A stretch of DNA of 64,000 nucleotides, taken from NCBI GenBank assembly GCA_964349135.1, contig CAYGFK010000001.1, forward strand, positions 10,717 to 74,716, read 5' to 3'. Each line of letters opens with the position of its first letter. The stretch's first letter is position 1. Both the position numbers and the translations under genes were made by a program. Of this stretch, positions 18,431 to 28,998 are shown piece by piece. This stretch comes from an uncultured Candidatus Saccharibacteria bacterium. Its GTDB lineage: Bacteria > Patescibacteriota > Minisyncoccia > Phycocordibacterales > DSPV01. The notes under the pieces were generated by a model. That model was given only the letters and a program-made list of their open reading frames with translations. It was not told the origin of the DNA and did not search any database.

Positions 18431-18538
18431 TTCTCCCTACGCGAAGCAAGATTGAGTTACGGACGCGGACTCGTTTACTACGTTAAGAGAGCCCCGAATT
18501 CTTGCTGACTAATTAAGAATACAATCCAAGAAGAATAA

Positions 18539-18566
18539 TCCGCCCAGGCGGACTCTTTTTGTTTTT
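18539..18566 (+). promoter_or_regulatory. Attenuator-like hairpin plus T-run in the rpoB 5' leader
   Basis: tccgccCAggcgga followed by CTCTTTTTGTTTTTG, about 50 nt before the rpoB start. Confidence 0.45.
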
Positions 18567-18615
18567 GACGGAAGCAGAGAATTGAGATTATAAGCATTAG
18601 CAACGCGCATCAATT

Positions 18616-21600
18616 ATGAAGACTACGCACGAGGAAAAGTCAGTCGCTCAGCTACCGAAGAAATATTTTAATAAATTTAAGAAGCCGCTCGCGCCACTTC
18701 CGAACTTTGTGGAGTCACAGCTCGACTCGTTCAAGTGGCTTATTGAGCGTGGCCTCGAGGAAGTGTTCAAAGAATTTTCTCCGATAAAAGATTATTCGGA
18801 GAAGAAATTTGAGTTTGAAATCATCGGTTTCACCATCAGCGAGGCGAAATATGATGAATACTATGCGAAAGACAATAAACTCTCCTATGAGGCGCCGATA
18901 AAGATGCGTGTCCGTCTTAAGAATAAGATGGTCGGCACCACGAAAGAGCAAGAGATTTTTCTCGCTGATTTTCCTCTCATGACCTCGCATGGGACGTTCA
19001 TCATTTCAGGTGTCGAGCGCGTCATCGTGCCACAGCTCGCACGCTCATTCGGCGTGTTCTTTACGGTTAATGAACTCCGTGACAAACGTCATTTTGGTGG
19101 CAAGATTATCCCGTCACGTGGCGTGTGGGTTGAGATAGAAACTGAGGCAGACGGCGTGCTCTACGTTCGCATTGACCGTAAACGCAAGTTCCCGATTTCA
19201 TCACTTCTTCGTGTCCTCTCGCAGAAAACCGACGAGGCAATTATCGCCGCATTCAAAGCGCACCCGAACGCCATTCCTTATTTACAGGCTTCGTTTGCAA
19301 AGGACCATGCGAAAACTATCGACGATTCGTACATAGAGATTCATAAACGTCTTCGTGATGGTGAAATTGGCTCTGTCGAGAACGCCAAAGAGTTCATCAA
19401 CGGCATCTTCAATCCGGCTCGTTATGACCTCTCGAAAGTCGGACGTTTTAAATTTAACAAGCGTTTCGGCATGCCCCTCACCGATAAGGCCCTTGAGAAC
19501 CGAACCGTGTCATTCGACGACCTCATTTTAACCATTGCCCACATCGCGCATCTCAATAACACTCCCGGAGCAATGGAAGATGATATCGACCATTTGGGGA
19601 GCCGACGTGTTCGTTTCGTTGGCGAACTTCTTCAGCAGAAGATTCGTGTTGGTATGTCCCAAATCAAACGTAATATCCAGGACCGTATGTCGACTGTGGA
19701 TGCCGATGTGACGCTTCCGGTACAGTTCATTTCTCCGAAACCACTTCAGGCTCGTATTAAAGAATTTTTCACGACAAACCAGCTCTCACAGTTCATGGCG
19801 CAGGAAAATATCCTCGCTGAGATTGAACACCTCCGAACGCTTTCGGCACTTGGTCCTGGAGGCCTCACGCGCGAGCGTGCGGGGTTTGAAGTCCGTGACG
19901 TTCATCCGTCGCACTATGGGCGCCTTTGTCCAATCCATACTCCTGAAGGACCAAACATCGGTCTTATTCTCCGCATGGCGACGTATGCGAAAATCAACGA
20001 ATTCGGCATGATTGAGACACCGTATGCAAAAGTAGAGAAGGGTCGTGTGACCGAAGAAATTGTCTATCTCAACGCCCTCGAAGAAGAAGGATTTAATATT
20101 GCCCATGCGGCAACAACGACCGACGACCGTGGAAATATCCTTACGAACGAAGTCGAAGTACGACAGAATGGGAAGCCGAGCATTGTGAAGAAAGAAGATG
20201 TTCAGTATTTTGACGTGGCTACCAATCAGGCATTTTCAATCGCGACTTCTATGATTCCGTTCTTGAATCATGACGACGCAAACCGAGCGCTCATGGGTTC
20301 AAACATGCAAAAGCAGGCCACCCCATGTCTGATTCCGGAAGCACCGCTTGTGGCAACCGGCATTGAGCGAAAAGCTGCCGTTGATACCGGACGAGTCATT
20401 CTTGCAGGGGAGGATGGCACCGTGGTCGCCGCCGATGCTCGAGGGGTTACCCTGAAGGCAAACCGAACCGGTAAGGAGCACGTGTACCCGCTCGTGAGTT
20501 TCTCGCGCACGAATGGTTTTACGGCGTTCCATCAGCGCCCGTCGGTAACGGTTGGTGACAAGCTCAAGAAGGGTGATGTCATCGCCGATACATCGTCAAG
20601 CGATGGCGGAGAGATGGCACTCGGTCAGAACGTACTTGTTGCGTTTATGTCATGGTCCGGTTCAAATTACGAAGACGCCATTATCCTCTCCGAGCGTCTT
20701 GTGAAAGAGAGCCGATTCGCCTCTATCCATATTGAAGAGTTCGTGGTCAACGTCCGTGATACCAAACTTGGTCCGGAAGTGACCACTCACGATATTCCAA
20801 ACGTCGGAGAAGGAAAACTCAAAAATCTCGACGAAGACGGTGTTGTCCGTATCGGTGCAGAAGTACGGCCGGGCGATATTCTTGTCGGAAAGATTACGCC
20901 GAAAGGAGAAACGCAACTCACTCCGGAAGAGAGACTTCTTCGGTCGCTCTTCGGTGAGAAAGCACGCGATGTTAAAGATACTTCGAAGCGCATGGAGAAC
21001 GGTAAGCGAGGTCGCATTCTTTCAGTGAAAGTATTCTCCCGTGAAAAGGGCGATAAGCTTGAATCAGGTATTATCAAGCGCATTCATATCGAAGTTTCGG
21101 AGATTCGAAATGTCTCAGTGGGTGACAAGCTTGCCGGTCGCCACGGGAACAAAGGAGTCATCTCAAAGATACTTCCTGAGGCAGACATGCCGTTTATGCC
21201 GGACGGACGTCCTATTGATGTTATTCTCACACCACTTGGCGTTCCGTCGCGTATGAACCTCGGTCAGATTCTTGAATTACATCTTGGTTTGGCTGCTAAA
21301 ACACTCGGTTATCAGGCTGTGGTGCCTCCGTTTGCCGGAGCAACCGACGCCGAGATTAAAGAGGAACTGGTAAAAGCCGGTTTCAATGAAAGCGGTAAGA
21401 TTCGTCTTAAGGACGGTCGCACCGGAGAGGCGTTTGAGCGCGACATTGCTGTTGGGTACATGTATATCTTGAAACTGCACCACATGGTTGAAGATAAGAT
21501 TCATATGCGCTCTATTGGTCCGTACTCACTTATCACTCAGCAACCGCTTGGTGGTAAGGCGCAGGGCGGAGGACAGCGATTCGGAGAAATGGAAGTCTGG

Positions 21601-21864
21601 GCGCTTTTGGGTCACGGTTCCGCGTATACGCTTCGCGAAATGCTTACGGTGAAATCTGACGACATTGTCGGTCGTGCGGCGGCTTTCGATTCCATTGTGA
21701 GAGGTTCGGATGTCAGTCAAACAAACATTCCAGCATCGTTCAACGTGCTCACCAACAATCTGCGAGGTCTCGCACTTGATGTTGATTTTCAACATACGAA
21801 AGAACAGGTCGAATCAGCTCCTGAGAGGGAATTGCGTCCGCGACGACGCTCCCCACGCTCTTAA
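18616..21864 (+). CDS. rpoB: DNA-directed RNA polymerase beta subunit (1082 aa)
   Basis: Full-length match to RpoB conserved regions. Confidence 0.97.
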   Translation: MKTTHEEKSVAQLPKKYFNKFKKPLAPLPNFVESQLDSFKWLIERGLEEVFKEFSPIKDYSEKKFEFEIIGFTISEAKYDEYYAKDNKLSYEAPIKMRVRLKNKMVGTTKEQEIFLADFPLMTSHGTFIISGVERVIVPQLARSFGVFFTVNELRDKRHFGGKIIPSRGVWVEIETEADGVLYVRIDRKRKFPISSLLRVLSQKTDEAIIAAFKAHPNAIPYLQASFAKDHAKTIDDSYIEIHKRLRDGEIGSVENAKEFINGIFNPARYDLSKVGRFKFNKRFGMPLTDKALENRTVSFDDLILTIAHIAHLNNTPGAMEDDIDHLGSRRVRFVGELLQQKIRVGMSQIKRNIQDRMSTVDADVTLPVQFISPKPLQARIKEFFTTNQLSQFMAQENILAEIEHLRTLSALGPGGLTRERAGFEVRDVHPSHYGRLCPIHTPEGPNIGLILRMATYAKINEFGMIETPYAKVEKGRVTEEIVYLNALEEEGFNIAHAATTTDDRGNILTNEVEVRQNGKPSIVKKEDVQYFDVATNQAFSIATSMIPFLNHDDANRALMGSNMQKQATPCLIPEAPLVATGIERKAAVDTGRVILAGEDGTVVAADARGVTLKANRTGKEHVYPLVSFSRTNGFTAFHQRPSVTVGDKLKKGDVIADTSSSDGGEMALGQNVLVAFMSWSGSNYEDAIILSERLVKESRFASIHIEEFVVNVRDTKLGPEVTTHDIPNVGEGKLKNLDEDGVVRIGAEVRPGDILVGKITPKGETQLTPEERLLRSLFGEKARDVKDTSKRMENGKRGRILSVKVFSREKGDKLESGIIKRIHIEVSEIRNVSVGDKLAGRHGNKGVISKILPEADMPFMPDGRPIDVILTPLGVPSRMNLGQILELHLGLAAKTLGYQAVVPPFAGATDAEIKEELVKAGFNESGKIRLKDGRTGEAFERDIAVGYMYILKLHHMVEDKIHMRSIGPYSLITQQPLGGKAQGGGQRFGEMEVWALLGHGSAYTLREMLTVKSDDIVGRAAAFDSIVRGSDVSQTNIPASFNVLTNNLRGLALDVDFQHTKEQVESAPERELRPRRRSPRS

Positions 21865-21885
21865 TCGCTAACACACGAAACTACC

Positions 21886-24800
21886 ATGATGAAAAACAAC
21901 AACAAACATAATACCTCGCAGAATTTTGATGCGATTATGCTCAAAGTCGCTTCACCGGAGCGTATCAAGGAGTGGTCTTATGGCGAAGTTACCAAGCCGG
22001 AAACTATCAACTACCGAACTCAACGTAGCGAAAAGAGCGGACTCTTCGATGAGAAGATTTTTGGTCCTGACAAGGATTATGAGTGTTACTGCGGTAAATA
22101 TCGGGGTATTCGCTATAAAGGCATCGTTTGCGAGAAGTGCGGTGTTGAAATAACTCGCTCCATTGTCAGACGCGAACGAATGGGACATATCGAGCTTGCC
22201 AGCCCCGTCAGCCACATCTGGTTTCTTCGCAGTACACCTTCACGAATAGGTCTCATTCTCGGCATGTCGGCGGACGACCTTGAAAAGGTTATCTACTTTG
22301 CCGGATACATTGTGACGACAGTGAGCGAAAATGGGCGCAGTGAAATTCTTAAGGAGCTTGATTCAGAATTTAAATCGAAAGTGAAGGCGGTTCATGACGA
22401 AAAGACGAAAGAGGCCCTCAAGGAGATGTTCACCAATACGAAAAAGGAAATTGAAGGCATTCGTCCGGGTGTCGTACTCGACGAGGTTGCGTATCATAAC
22501 TACTCAGTCAAATACAGTACGCTTTTTGAGGCGGGTATTGGGGCTGAAGCTATTTATAACATTTGCAGAGACCTCGACCTTAAGGAGCTTGAAGAGCGAC
22601 TTGCCGCTTCCTACGAAAAGGCATCAAGTGTTGAAAAGGAGCGACTCAATAAACGCCTCTCCATCATTCGCGCAATGATTGCGGCAGGTACACGTCCGGA
22701 ATGGATGTTTCTTACGCGCATACCGGTTATTCCGCCAGCACTGCGTCCGATGGTTCCGCTCGACGGTGGCCGTTATGCGACATCAGACGTCAACGACCTC
22801 TACCGACGCGTTATCAACCGAAACAACCGACTTCGTAAACTCAAGGAGATTAGCGCACCGGAAGTTATTTTGCGAAACGAGAAGCGTATTTTACAGGAAG
22901 CGGTTGATGCGCTCATCGACAACTCTCTCCGACACGGTTCAAGTATCATGTCGAACCTCTCGCAGGCGCAACGACGTCCGCTTAAATCGCTCGCGGACAA
23001 CCTGAAGGGTAAACGCGGTCTTTTCCGTCAAAACCTGCTCGGTAAACGTGTCGACTACTCCGGCCGAAGTGTTATCGTGGTTGGTCCTGAACTCAAAATC
23101 CACCAGTGCGGTCTCCCCAAGCTTATGGCCCTTGAACTCTTCCGTCCATTCGTTATCGCCAAGATTCTTGAATACGAGTATGCCTACAATATCCGTGGCG
23201 CCAACCGTCTCATTGATGACGATGTGCCGGAAGTCTGGGCCATTCTTGAAGAGGTTATTAAAGATAAATATGTGTTGTTGAACCGTGCACCGACGCTTCA
23301 CCGACTCGGTATTCAGGCATTCAAGCCCGTGCTTATTGAAGGGAGTGCTATTCAGGTTCATCCGCTCGTCTGTACGGCATTCAACGCAGACTTCGACGGA
23401 GACCAGATGGCCGTTCACCTACCGCTCTCACAGGAGGCGCAAGCTGAAGCGGTCAATATTATGGCTGCCGATAAGAACATCTTGAAGCCTGGTTCTGGAG
23501 ACCCAACGGTCAGTGCGAAGATGCTCGATATTGTTCTCGGTTCGTTTTGGATGACGAAAGATGTTCCAAGCGAGCGAAAAGAACAGCAAAAATATTTTGA
23601 TTCTCCGAAGAGCGCTGTCCAGGCGTACGATTTCGGTGCGCTTAGCTTCCGTGAGCCAGTCAAAATTCTCGCGCCTCATGAGGCTCGATACCAGGCGTTT
23701 AAAGGCGAGATGTTTGAGACGACCGTAGGCCGTATCATCTTCAACGAAGTGCTTCCGGACGACTACCCGTTCATCAACCAGGAAGTTGGACGAAAAGATA
23801 TGTCGAAGATTGTCAGCGACCTTATCGACCGGTACGGCATCGAGAATGTTCCGCCTATCCTCGACCGTGTAAAGCAAATCGGTTTCCATTACGCGACCCG
23901 TTCAGGAGTGACGTGGGGAATCGATGATATTAAAATCCCCGAAGGAAAAGCGGAGGTGATTAAGAAGGCCAAGCTGAAATCCGAAGAGGTGTTCATGCAG
24001 TACGAAACAGGACTTCTCTCATCAGAAGAGCGCTTCCGTAAGAGTATCGATATCTGGCATGAAGCTAAGAATGAAGTGGAGCGTCTTATTCCGGATGCAA
24101 TGAATTCTGATGGTTCGGTCTACGACATGTGGAAGTCAGGAGCTCGAGGTTCGCTTTCGCAGGTGACGCAGATGGCTGGTATGAAAGGTCTTATCGCCAG
24201 CACGTCGGGAGAAGTCATCGAATTTCCTATTCTTTCTTGTAGCAAGGAAGGTCTTACACCAATCGAATACTTCATTACGACGCACGGTTCACGAAAAGGT
24301 CTTACTGACACCGCTCTTAATACGGCGAAGGCGGGTTATCTTACGCGCAAACTCTTCGTGGTTGCTCAAGACGTTGTTATTACCGAAGATGATTGTAAAA
24401 CTAAAGATTTCATTGTCATCAGTACGACAGGAAGCACCGCAGGCGTACATATCTCAATCGGAAAACACCTTCGTGGCCGAGTACTTGCCGAAGACCTTGA
24501 AAAGAACGGAGTTTCGTTTAAGCGCGGAACACTTCTCAATAAAGAGGATGCGGTGAAGATAGAGGAGCTCGGCTTCACGGAAGTGAAAGTTCGTTCTCCG
24601 CTCATGTGTCGAACCTCGCACGGCATTTGCGCTCAGTGCTACGGACTCGACCTTGGAAAGAATAAACTCGTTGACCTTGGCGAAGCGGTTGGTACGGTTG
24701 CTGCGCAAGCAATCGGCGAACCGGGCACCCAGCTAACCATGCGTACCTTCCATGCAGGAGGAACCGCGTCAGTAGGTGGCGACATCACCGCTGGTCTCCC

Positions 24801-25647
24801 TCGCGTTGAAGAACTCTTTGAAAAGCGAGCACCGAAGAATCCGGCAGTTGTGTCGCACGTTGACGGTGTAGTCTCTGAGATTCGTGATATGGGCAAAGAG
24901 AAAGTTATTGTGGTGATTCCGACTGTCGAACATAAACCGAAGGGTAAAGGGAAGAAGGGAACTGAGGCGGAGGAGTACTCGGTTCATTATCGACGCATGC
25001 CACTCGTTAAAGTGGGTGGAAACGTCAAGAAAGGAGATATTCTCACCGATGGTTCAGTGAATATTGATGAATTGTACAAATATGGTGGCGTCGAGAAAGC
25101 GCAAAATTACATCATTTCCGAGGTTACCAAGCCGTATGAACTTCAAGGAGAAACCGTCTCGCGTAAACATATCGACGTGATTGTGAAGCAGATGTTTTCT
25201 CGGTTCCGCATCAAGGAATCAGGTGGCACGCCGTTCTCTGCGGGCGACGTCGTTTCAAGCGGAGAATTGTATCTTGAAAATACCGCCGCGCGAGAACGTG
25301 GTGAAGAGGAGGCGAAAGCTGACCGGGTCGTAATGGGAATTACCGAAGCGTCACTGACGCGCCGAAGCTTCCTTGCAGCTGCTTCGTTCCAACACACGGC
25401 ACGAGTTCTTATTTCAAGTGCGGTGCGCGGTTCCGTCGATACCCTCCGAGGTCTTATGGAGAATGTCATCATCGGGCGTTTGATTCCTGCCGGAACAGGG
25501 TTCCCTGGGAGTCCGAAGCGCGCGATGGTTGCAGAAATCCAGAAACGAAAGGCGGAGGTAGCACGTGAGCGTGAGATGGAAGAAATGCAGCGGCAGGCAG
25601 CTGAGGCCGCAGAGAAGTCCGGAGACGAAGAGACGGTTTCAGCGTAA
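21886..25647 (+). CDS. rpoC: DNA-directed RNA polymerase beta' subunit (1253 aa)
   Basis: Zn-binding CYCGKY...CEKCGVE, NADFDGD catalytic motif, and the trigger loop are all present. Confidence 0.97.
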   Translation: MMKNNNKHNTSQNFDAIMLKVASPERIKEWSYGEVTKPETINYRTQRSEKSGLFDEKIFGPDKDYECYCGKYRGIRYKGIVCEKCGVEITRSIVRRERMGHIELASPVSHIWFLRSTPSRIGLILGMSADDLEKVIYFAGYIVTTVSENGRSEILKELDSEFKSKVKAVHDEKTKEALKEMFTNTKKEIEGIRPGVVLDEVAYHNYSVKYSTLFEAGIGAEAIYNICRDLDLKELEERLAASYEKASSVEKERLNKRLSIIRAMIAAGTRPEWMFLTRIPVIPPALRPMVPLDGGRYATSDVNDLYRRVINRNNRLRKLKEISAPEVILRNEKRILQEAVDALIDNSLRHGSSIMSNLSQAQRRPLKSLADNLKGKRGLFRQNLLGKRVDYSGRSVIVVGPELKIHQCGLPKLMALELFRPFVIAKILEYEYAYNIRGANRLIDDDVPEVWAILEEVIKDKYVLLNRAPTLHRLGIQAFKPVLIEGSAIQVHPLVCTAFNADFDGDQMAVHLPLSQEAQAEAVNIMAADKNILKPGSGDPTVSAKMLDIVLGSFWMTKDVPSERKEQQKYFDSPKSAVQAYDFGALSFREPVKILAPHEARYQAFKGEMFETTVGRIIFNEVLPDDYPFINQEVGRKDMSKIVSDLIDRYGIENVPPILDRVKQIGFHYATRSGVTWGIDDIKIPEGKAEVIKKAKLKSEEVFMQYETGLLSSEERFRKSIDIWHEAKNEVERLIPDAMNSDGSVYDMWKSGARGSLSQVTQMAGMKGLIASTSGEVIEFPILSCSKEGLTPIEYFITTHGSRKGLTDTALNTAKAGYLTRKLFVVAQDVVITEDDCKTKDFIVISTTGSTAGVHISIGKHLRGRVLAEDLEKNGVSFKRGTLLNKEDAVKIEELGFTEVKVRSPLMCRTSHGICAQCYGLDLGKNKLVDLGEAVGTVAAQAIGEPGTQLTMRTFHAGGTASVGGDITAGLPRVEELFEKRAPKNPAVVSHVDGVVSEIRDMGKEKVIVVIPTVEHKPKGKGKKGTEAEEYSVHYRRMPLVKVGGNVKKGDILTDGSVNIDELYKYGGVEKAQNYIISEVTKPYELQGETVSRKHIDVIVKQMFSRFRIKESGGTPFSAGDVVSSGELYLENTAARERGEEEAKADRVVMGITEASLTRRSFLAAASFQHTARVLISSAVRGSVDTLRGLMENVIIGRLIPAGTGFPGSPKRAMVAEIQKRKAEVAREREMEEMQRQAAEAAEKSGDEETVSA

Positions 25648-25716
25648 TCGTTACGCATCAGATTTCTTCGTGCAGGACTTCGCGTCTTGCCCTTTAGCCA
25701 TTCATCGAACCATTCT

Positions 25717-27417
25717 ATGTCATCACCAGTTGAACTCATTAAAGAGCGACTGAGCGTCACTGACGTCATCGGCTCGTATGTTCAACTGGAGAAGGCGGGC
25801 TCCAATCTTAAGGCGAAATGTCCGTTTCATAACGAAAAGACCCCGTCATTCTTCGTATCGCCGGCTCGTGGCAGTTATTACTGTTTTGGGTGCGGTGCGA
25901 AAGGGGATATCTTCTCATTTGTGCAGGCCTTTGAGGGTCTAGATTTCATGGGCGCGCTCAAATCACTCGGCACTCGGGCCGGTGTAGAGATTTCCCCTGA
26001 GGACCCGAAGGTTCGGAGCGGACGAGAGCGTCTTTTTCTGCTTCTTGAAACAGCAACAGCGTTCTTTGAAGCTGAGCTGAATAAAAATAAGGAGGCACGG
26101 GCGTATCTTACGAAACGAGGCCTTTCTGACGAGACGGTTCGCTCGTGGAGGATAGGGTTTGCTGAGGACGAGTGGCAGTCGTGTCTTGACTACTGCACCA
26201 CAAAAGGATTCTCACTTGATGAGCTCGAAAAAGCCGGACTTATCAAGCGCGAAGGAGGAAAGACGTATGACCGATTTCGTTCCCGTGTCATGTTTCCGAT
26301 AGTTGATGCGTCGGGACGGCCCGTTGCATTTTCCGGACGACTCTTTGGTAAAAAAGACGATAAGGCGCCTAAATATCTTAATAGCCCGGAAACACTGGTG
26401 TTCTCAAAGTCACGTATCTTATATGGTTTTGACAGGGCAAAGAATGAAATTCGCAGACTTGATTACACCATGCTTGTTGAAGGACAAATGGACCTCTTGA
26501 TGTGTCATCAGGCAGGTTTCAAGAATGCCGTTGCATCGTCGGGTACGTCGTTTACCGAAGAGCAGATTACCATTCTCAAGAGACTTTCGAAACGACTTTT
26601 GATGGTTTACGATGCAGATAAAGCGGGTGTTGCGGCGAGCGTTCGGAGTGCCTCTCTTGCCCTTGCGGAAGGTATGGAGGTTAAAGTTGCCGCTCTTCCG
26701 GAAGGGAAAGACCCTGCCGAACTTATCGTTCTAGATAAGGAAGGATTTAAGCAGGCACTCAAGAGCTCTCAGCACGTTATCGATTTTTATCTCGAAGCCA
26801 TTCTTAAGGAGGGTCTCGATGAGCGGTCGCTTCTCGGAGCACTTCGTATAAAACTTTTTCCGTATATTGCCGCCCTTGAATCGAGCGTTGAGCGTGATTA
26901 TTTTATCAAACGACTCGCAGAAAAGACCGGAATTCGCGAGGCCGCAATCAGAGAGGATTTGTCGAGTGTCGAGGTGGTGCGCGAGACGAAAGAAATGGTG
27001 CGCCCTTCAGTTTCACTCTCTCCTCGCCGAAACTTTTCAGAACGTCTATTAGTCGGGATTTGGCTTTGGCAGTCAGGGCAAAAGGAACCACAACTTGATG
27101 TCGCTACTTTCAGGAAAGAAGTTGAGCGTATCCTTGGAACAAAGAAGGGTGGAGAGATTTTTGAGGAGGCGAAACAGGTAAGTGACGAGCTTGTATATCA
27201 GGCCGAATCATACTATGGTGGCACACGCGACCTTGGCCGTGCGGTTGATGAGCTTCTCTCGATGCTTGAAGACGATTTCCTAAGTGACGAGATGACAACG
27301 ACGCTTCATGAACTTGCGCTTGCAAAGCAGAAGAAAGATATCCAAGAGGCGCACTCTTTGCAGACAACCTATCAAAAACTTGCCCGCCGTCGAGATGAGT
27401 TGCGGGGTAAGCGTTAG
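25717..27417 (+). CDS. dnaG: DNA primase
   Basis: CHC2 zinc finger CPFHNEKTPSF...YYCFGCGAKGD and a TOPRIM domain. Confidence 0.9.
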   Translation: MSSPVELIKERLSVTDVIGSYVQLEKAGSNLKAKCPFHNEKTPSFFVSPARGSYYCFGCGAKGDIFSFVQAFEGLDFMGALKSLGTRAGVEISPEDPKVRSGRERLFLLLETATAFFEAELNKNKEARAYLTKRGLSDETVRSWRIGFAEDEWQSCLDYCTTKGFSLDELEKAGLIKREGGKTYDRFRSRVMFPIVDASGRPVAFSGRLFGKKDDKAPKYLNSPETLVFSKSRILYGFDRAKNEIRRLDYTMLVEGQMDLLMCHQAGFKNAVASSGTSFTEEQITILKRLSKRLLMVYDADKAGVAASVRSASLALAEGMEVKVAALPEGKDPAELIVLDKEGFKQALKSSQHVIDFYLEAILKEGLDERSLLGALRIKLFPYIAALESSVERDYFIKRLAEKTGIREAAIREDLSSVEVVRETKEMVRPSVSLSPRRNFSERLLVGIWLWQSGQKEPQLDVATFRKEVERILGTKKGGEIFEEAKQVSDELVYQAESYYGGTRDLGRAVDELLSMLEDDFLSDEMTTTLHELALAKQKKDIQEAHSLQTTYQKLARRRDELRGKR

Positions 27418-27459
27418 ACAAGCCCCTTATTTATATTATAGGATAACCATAACGCCCAT

Positions 27460-28704
27460 ATGAAGAAAAAGAAGACGGTTTCGAAAAAGAAAACAAGTGG
27501 TACAAAACGTGCAAAGATGCATCCAAAGAGGAAGTCAGTTCGGTCTGCATCGAAGACGCATGTCAAGAAAGCTAAGAAAGGAGCAGTTTCAGGTAAATCG
27601 AATCTCCCGAAAGTATCCAAGAAATCACGTCTTCTTGAGACAAAAGTCGAAAAGCTCCTTGCTCGTGGAAAGGAGAAGGGATTCGTGACCTATGACGAAA
27701 TTTTGAAAGAATTCCCGACCATTGAGAATGATATTATTTTCCTTGAAGACCTCTATGTTCGTTTTAATGAAGCGGGTATCGATGTGCTTGAGGGTGGTGG
27801 CATGCTCGACCCGCATGTCGATGAGATAGTTGCGAAGCGGTCCGGTTACGGGCGGTCGGATTCTTCCTACGATTCCATCCAAATGTACCTCAAAGAGATT
27901 GGACAGTATCCTCTTATCAGTGCCGCTATGGAACGTGAACTCGCGAGACGTATCGAACAGGGGGACGAAGAGGCGAAGAATCTCCTCGCTCGTGCAAACT
28001 TGCGTCTTGTCGTGTCTATCGCCAAGAAATATGTAGGACGTTCTCCTGACCTCACACTCCTCGACCTCATTCAGGAAGGGAACCTCGGCCTTTTTAAGGC
28101 CGTTGATAAATTCGATTGGACAAAAGGGTACAAATTTTCGACGTACGCCACGTGGTGGATTCGACAGGCGATTACCCGCGCGCTCGCTGACCAGTCTCGC
28201 ACGATTCGCGTGCCGGTGCACATGGTAGAGACTATTGCAAAGTATAAGCAGGTTGTCCGCCGATTATCACAGGACCTTGGGCGCGACCCGCTTCCGGAAG
28301 AGGTCGCTATCGAGATGGGTATTGAGGTGCAGAAAGTGTATCAGATTGAAAAAATTGACCAGGATACCGTTTCGCTTGAAAGCCCTGTAGGGGATGACGG
28401 CGATGACGGAAAATCAACGCTCGGAGATTTTGTCTCCGATGATAAGATACTGTCGCCTGACCAGGAATCGTCACGACGCATTCTCTCTGACCAAGTAAAA
28501 GAAATCTTAAGAGAGCTCTCCGAGAAAGAACGGCGTATTCTTGAGATGCGACATGGGCTAGGCGAGTGGCAGGGAATTACCCATACACTTGAAGAAGTCG
28601 GCCAGAAGTTTGGTGTGACCCGCGAACGTATTCGCCAGATTGAAGCGAAGGCGCATGAAAAGATTCGCCAGCATGAGAAGGCAATGAAGCTCAAAAACTA
28701 CTAA
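27460..28704 (+). CDS. rpoD: Primary sigma factor (sigma-70 family) with a lysine-rich N-terminal extension
   Basis: Regions 1.2 to 4 are conserved (YLKEIGQYPLIS; DLIQEGNLGLFKAVDKFD; YATWWIRQAITRA; the region 4 HTH). The first ~60 aa are highly basic rather than an acidic region 1.1. Confidence 0.9.
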   Translation: MKKKKTVSKKKTSGTKRAKMHPKRKSVRSASKTHVKKAKKGAVSGKSNLPKVSKKSRLLETKVEKLLARGKEKGFVTYDEILKEFPTIENDIIFLEDLYVRFNEAGIDVLEGGGMLDPHVDEIVAKRSGYGRSDSSYDSIQMYLKEIGQYPLISAAMERELARRIEQGDEEAKNLLARANLRLVVSIAKKYVGRSPDLTLLDLIQEGNLGLFKAVDKFDWTKGYKFSTYATWWIRQAITRALADQSRTIRVPVHMVETIAKYKQVVRRLSQDLGRDPLPEEVAIEMGIEVQKVYQIEKIDQDTVSLESPVGDDGDDGKSTLGDFVSDDKILSPDQESSRRILSDQVKEILRELSEKERRILEMRHGLGEWQGITHTLEEVGQKFGVTRERIRQIEAKAHEKIRQHEKAMKLKNY

Positions 28705-28705
28705 A

Positions 28706-28736
28706 AAAACGGCGCTCCAGAAGGAGCGCCGTTGTG
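28706..28736. terminator. Hairpin terminator after rpoD
   Basis: acggcgctccAGAAggagcgccgt flanked by an A-run and a T-run. Confidence 0.6.
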
Positions 28737-28998
28737 TATTAAATCATGACGGACGGGTCGTCACTTCTAAGCGCCATGATAAGCCTTTCAGCGCTTTTTC
28801 TGGCGTCTGTTTCGATAGACTCACCCTTACGGAGGGGGCGGCCGGTGATGGGGAATGTTCTGGATGTTCGCTTCGGTGTTTCTATGGTGAGCGGTAATCC
28901 CGTTCGATAATCACGTAGGGTGCTAAATTGTTTTTTCATTCTGCCCGTCAGTATAGAACCTGTCTCATCGATAGGCAAGTTGGTATATACTGGATTCG

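Noticed and set aside
28739-28978. 79-aa minus-strand ORF between rpoD and the UvrD-like gene
   Set aside because: It lies entirely within the 290-bp spacer holding the rpoD terminator and the TTGGTATATACT promoter of the helicase gene. There is no RBS. The basic composition is consistent with translating antisense A/T-rich promoter DNA.
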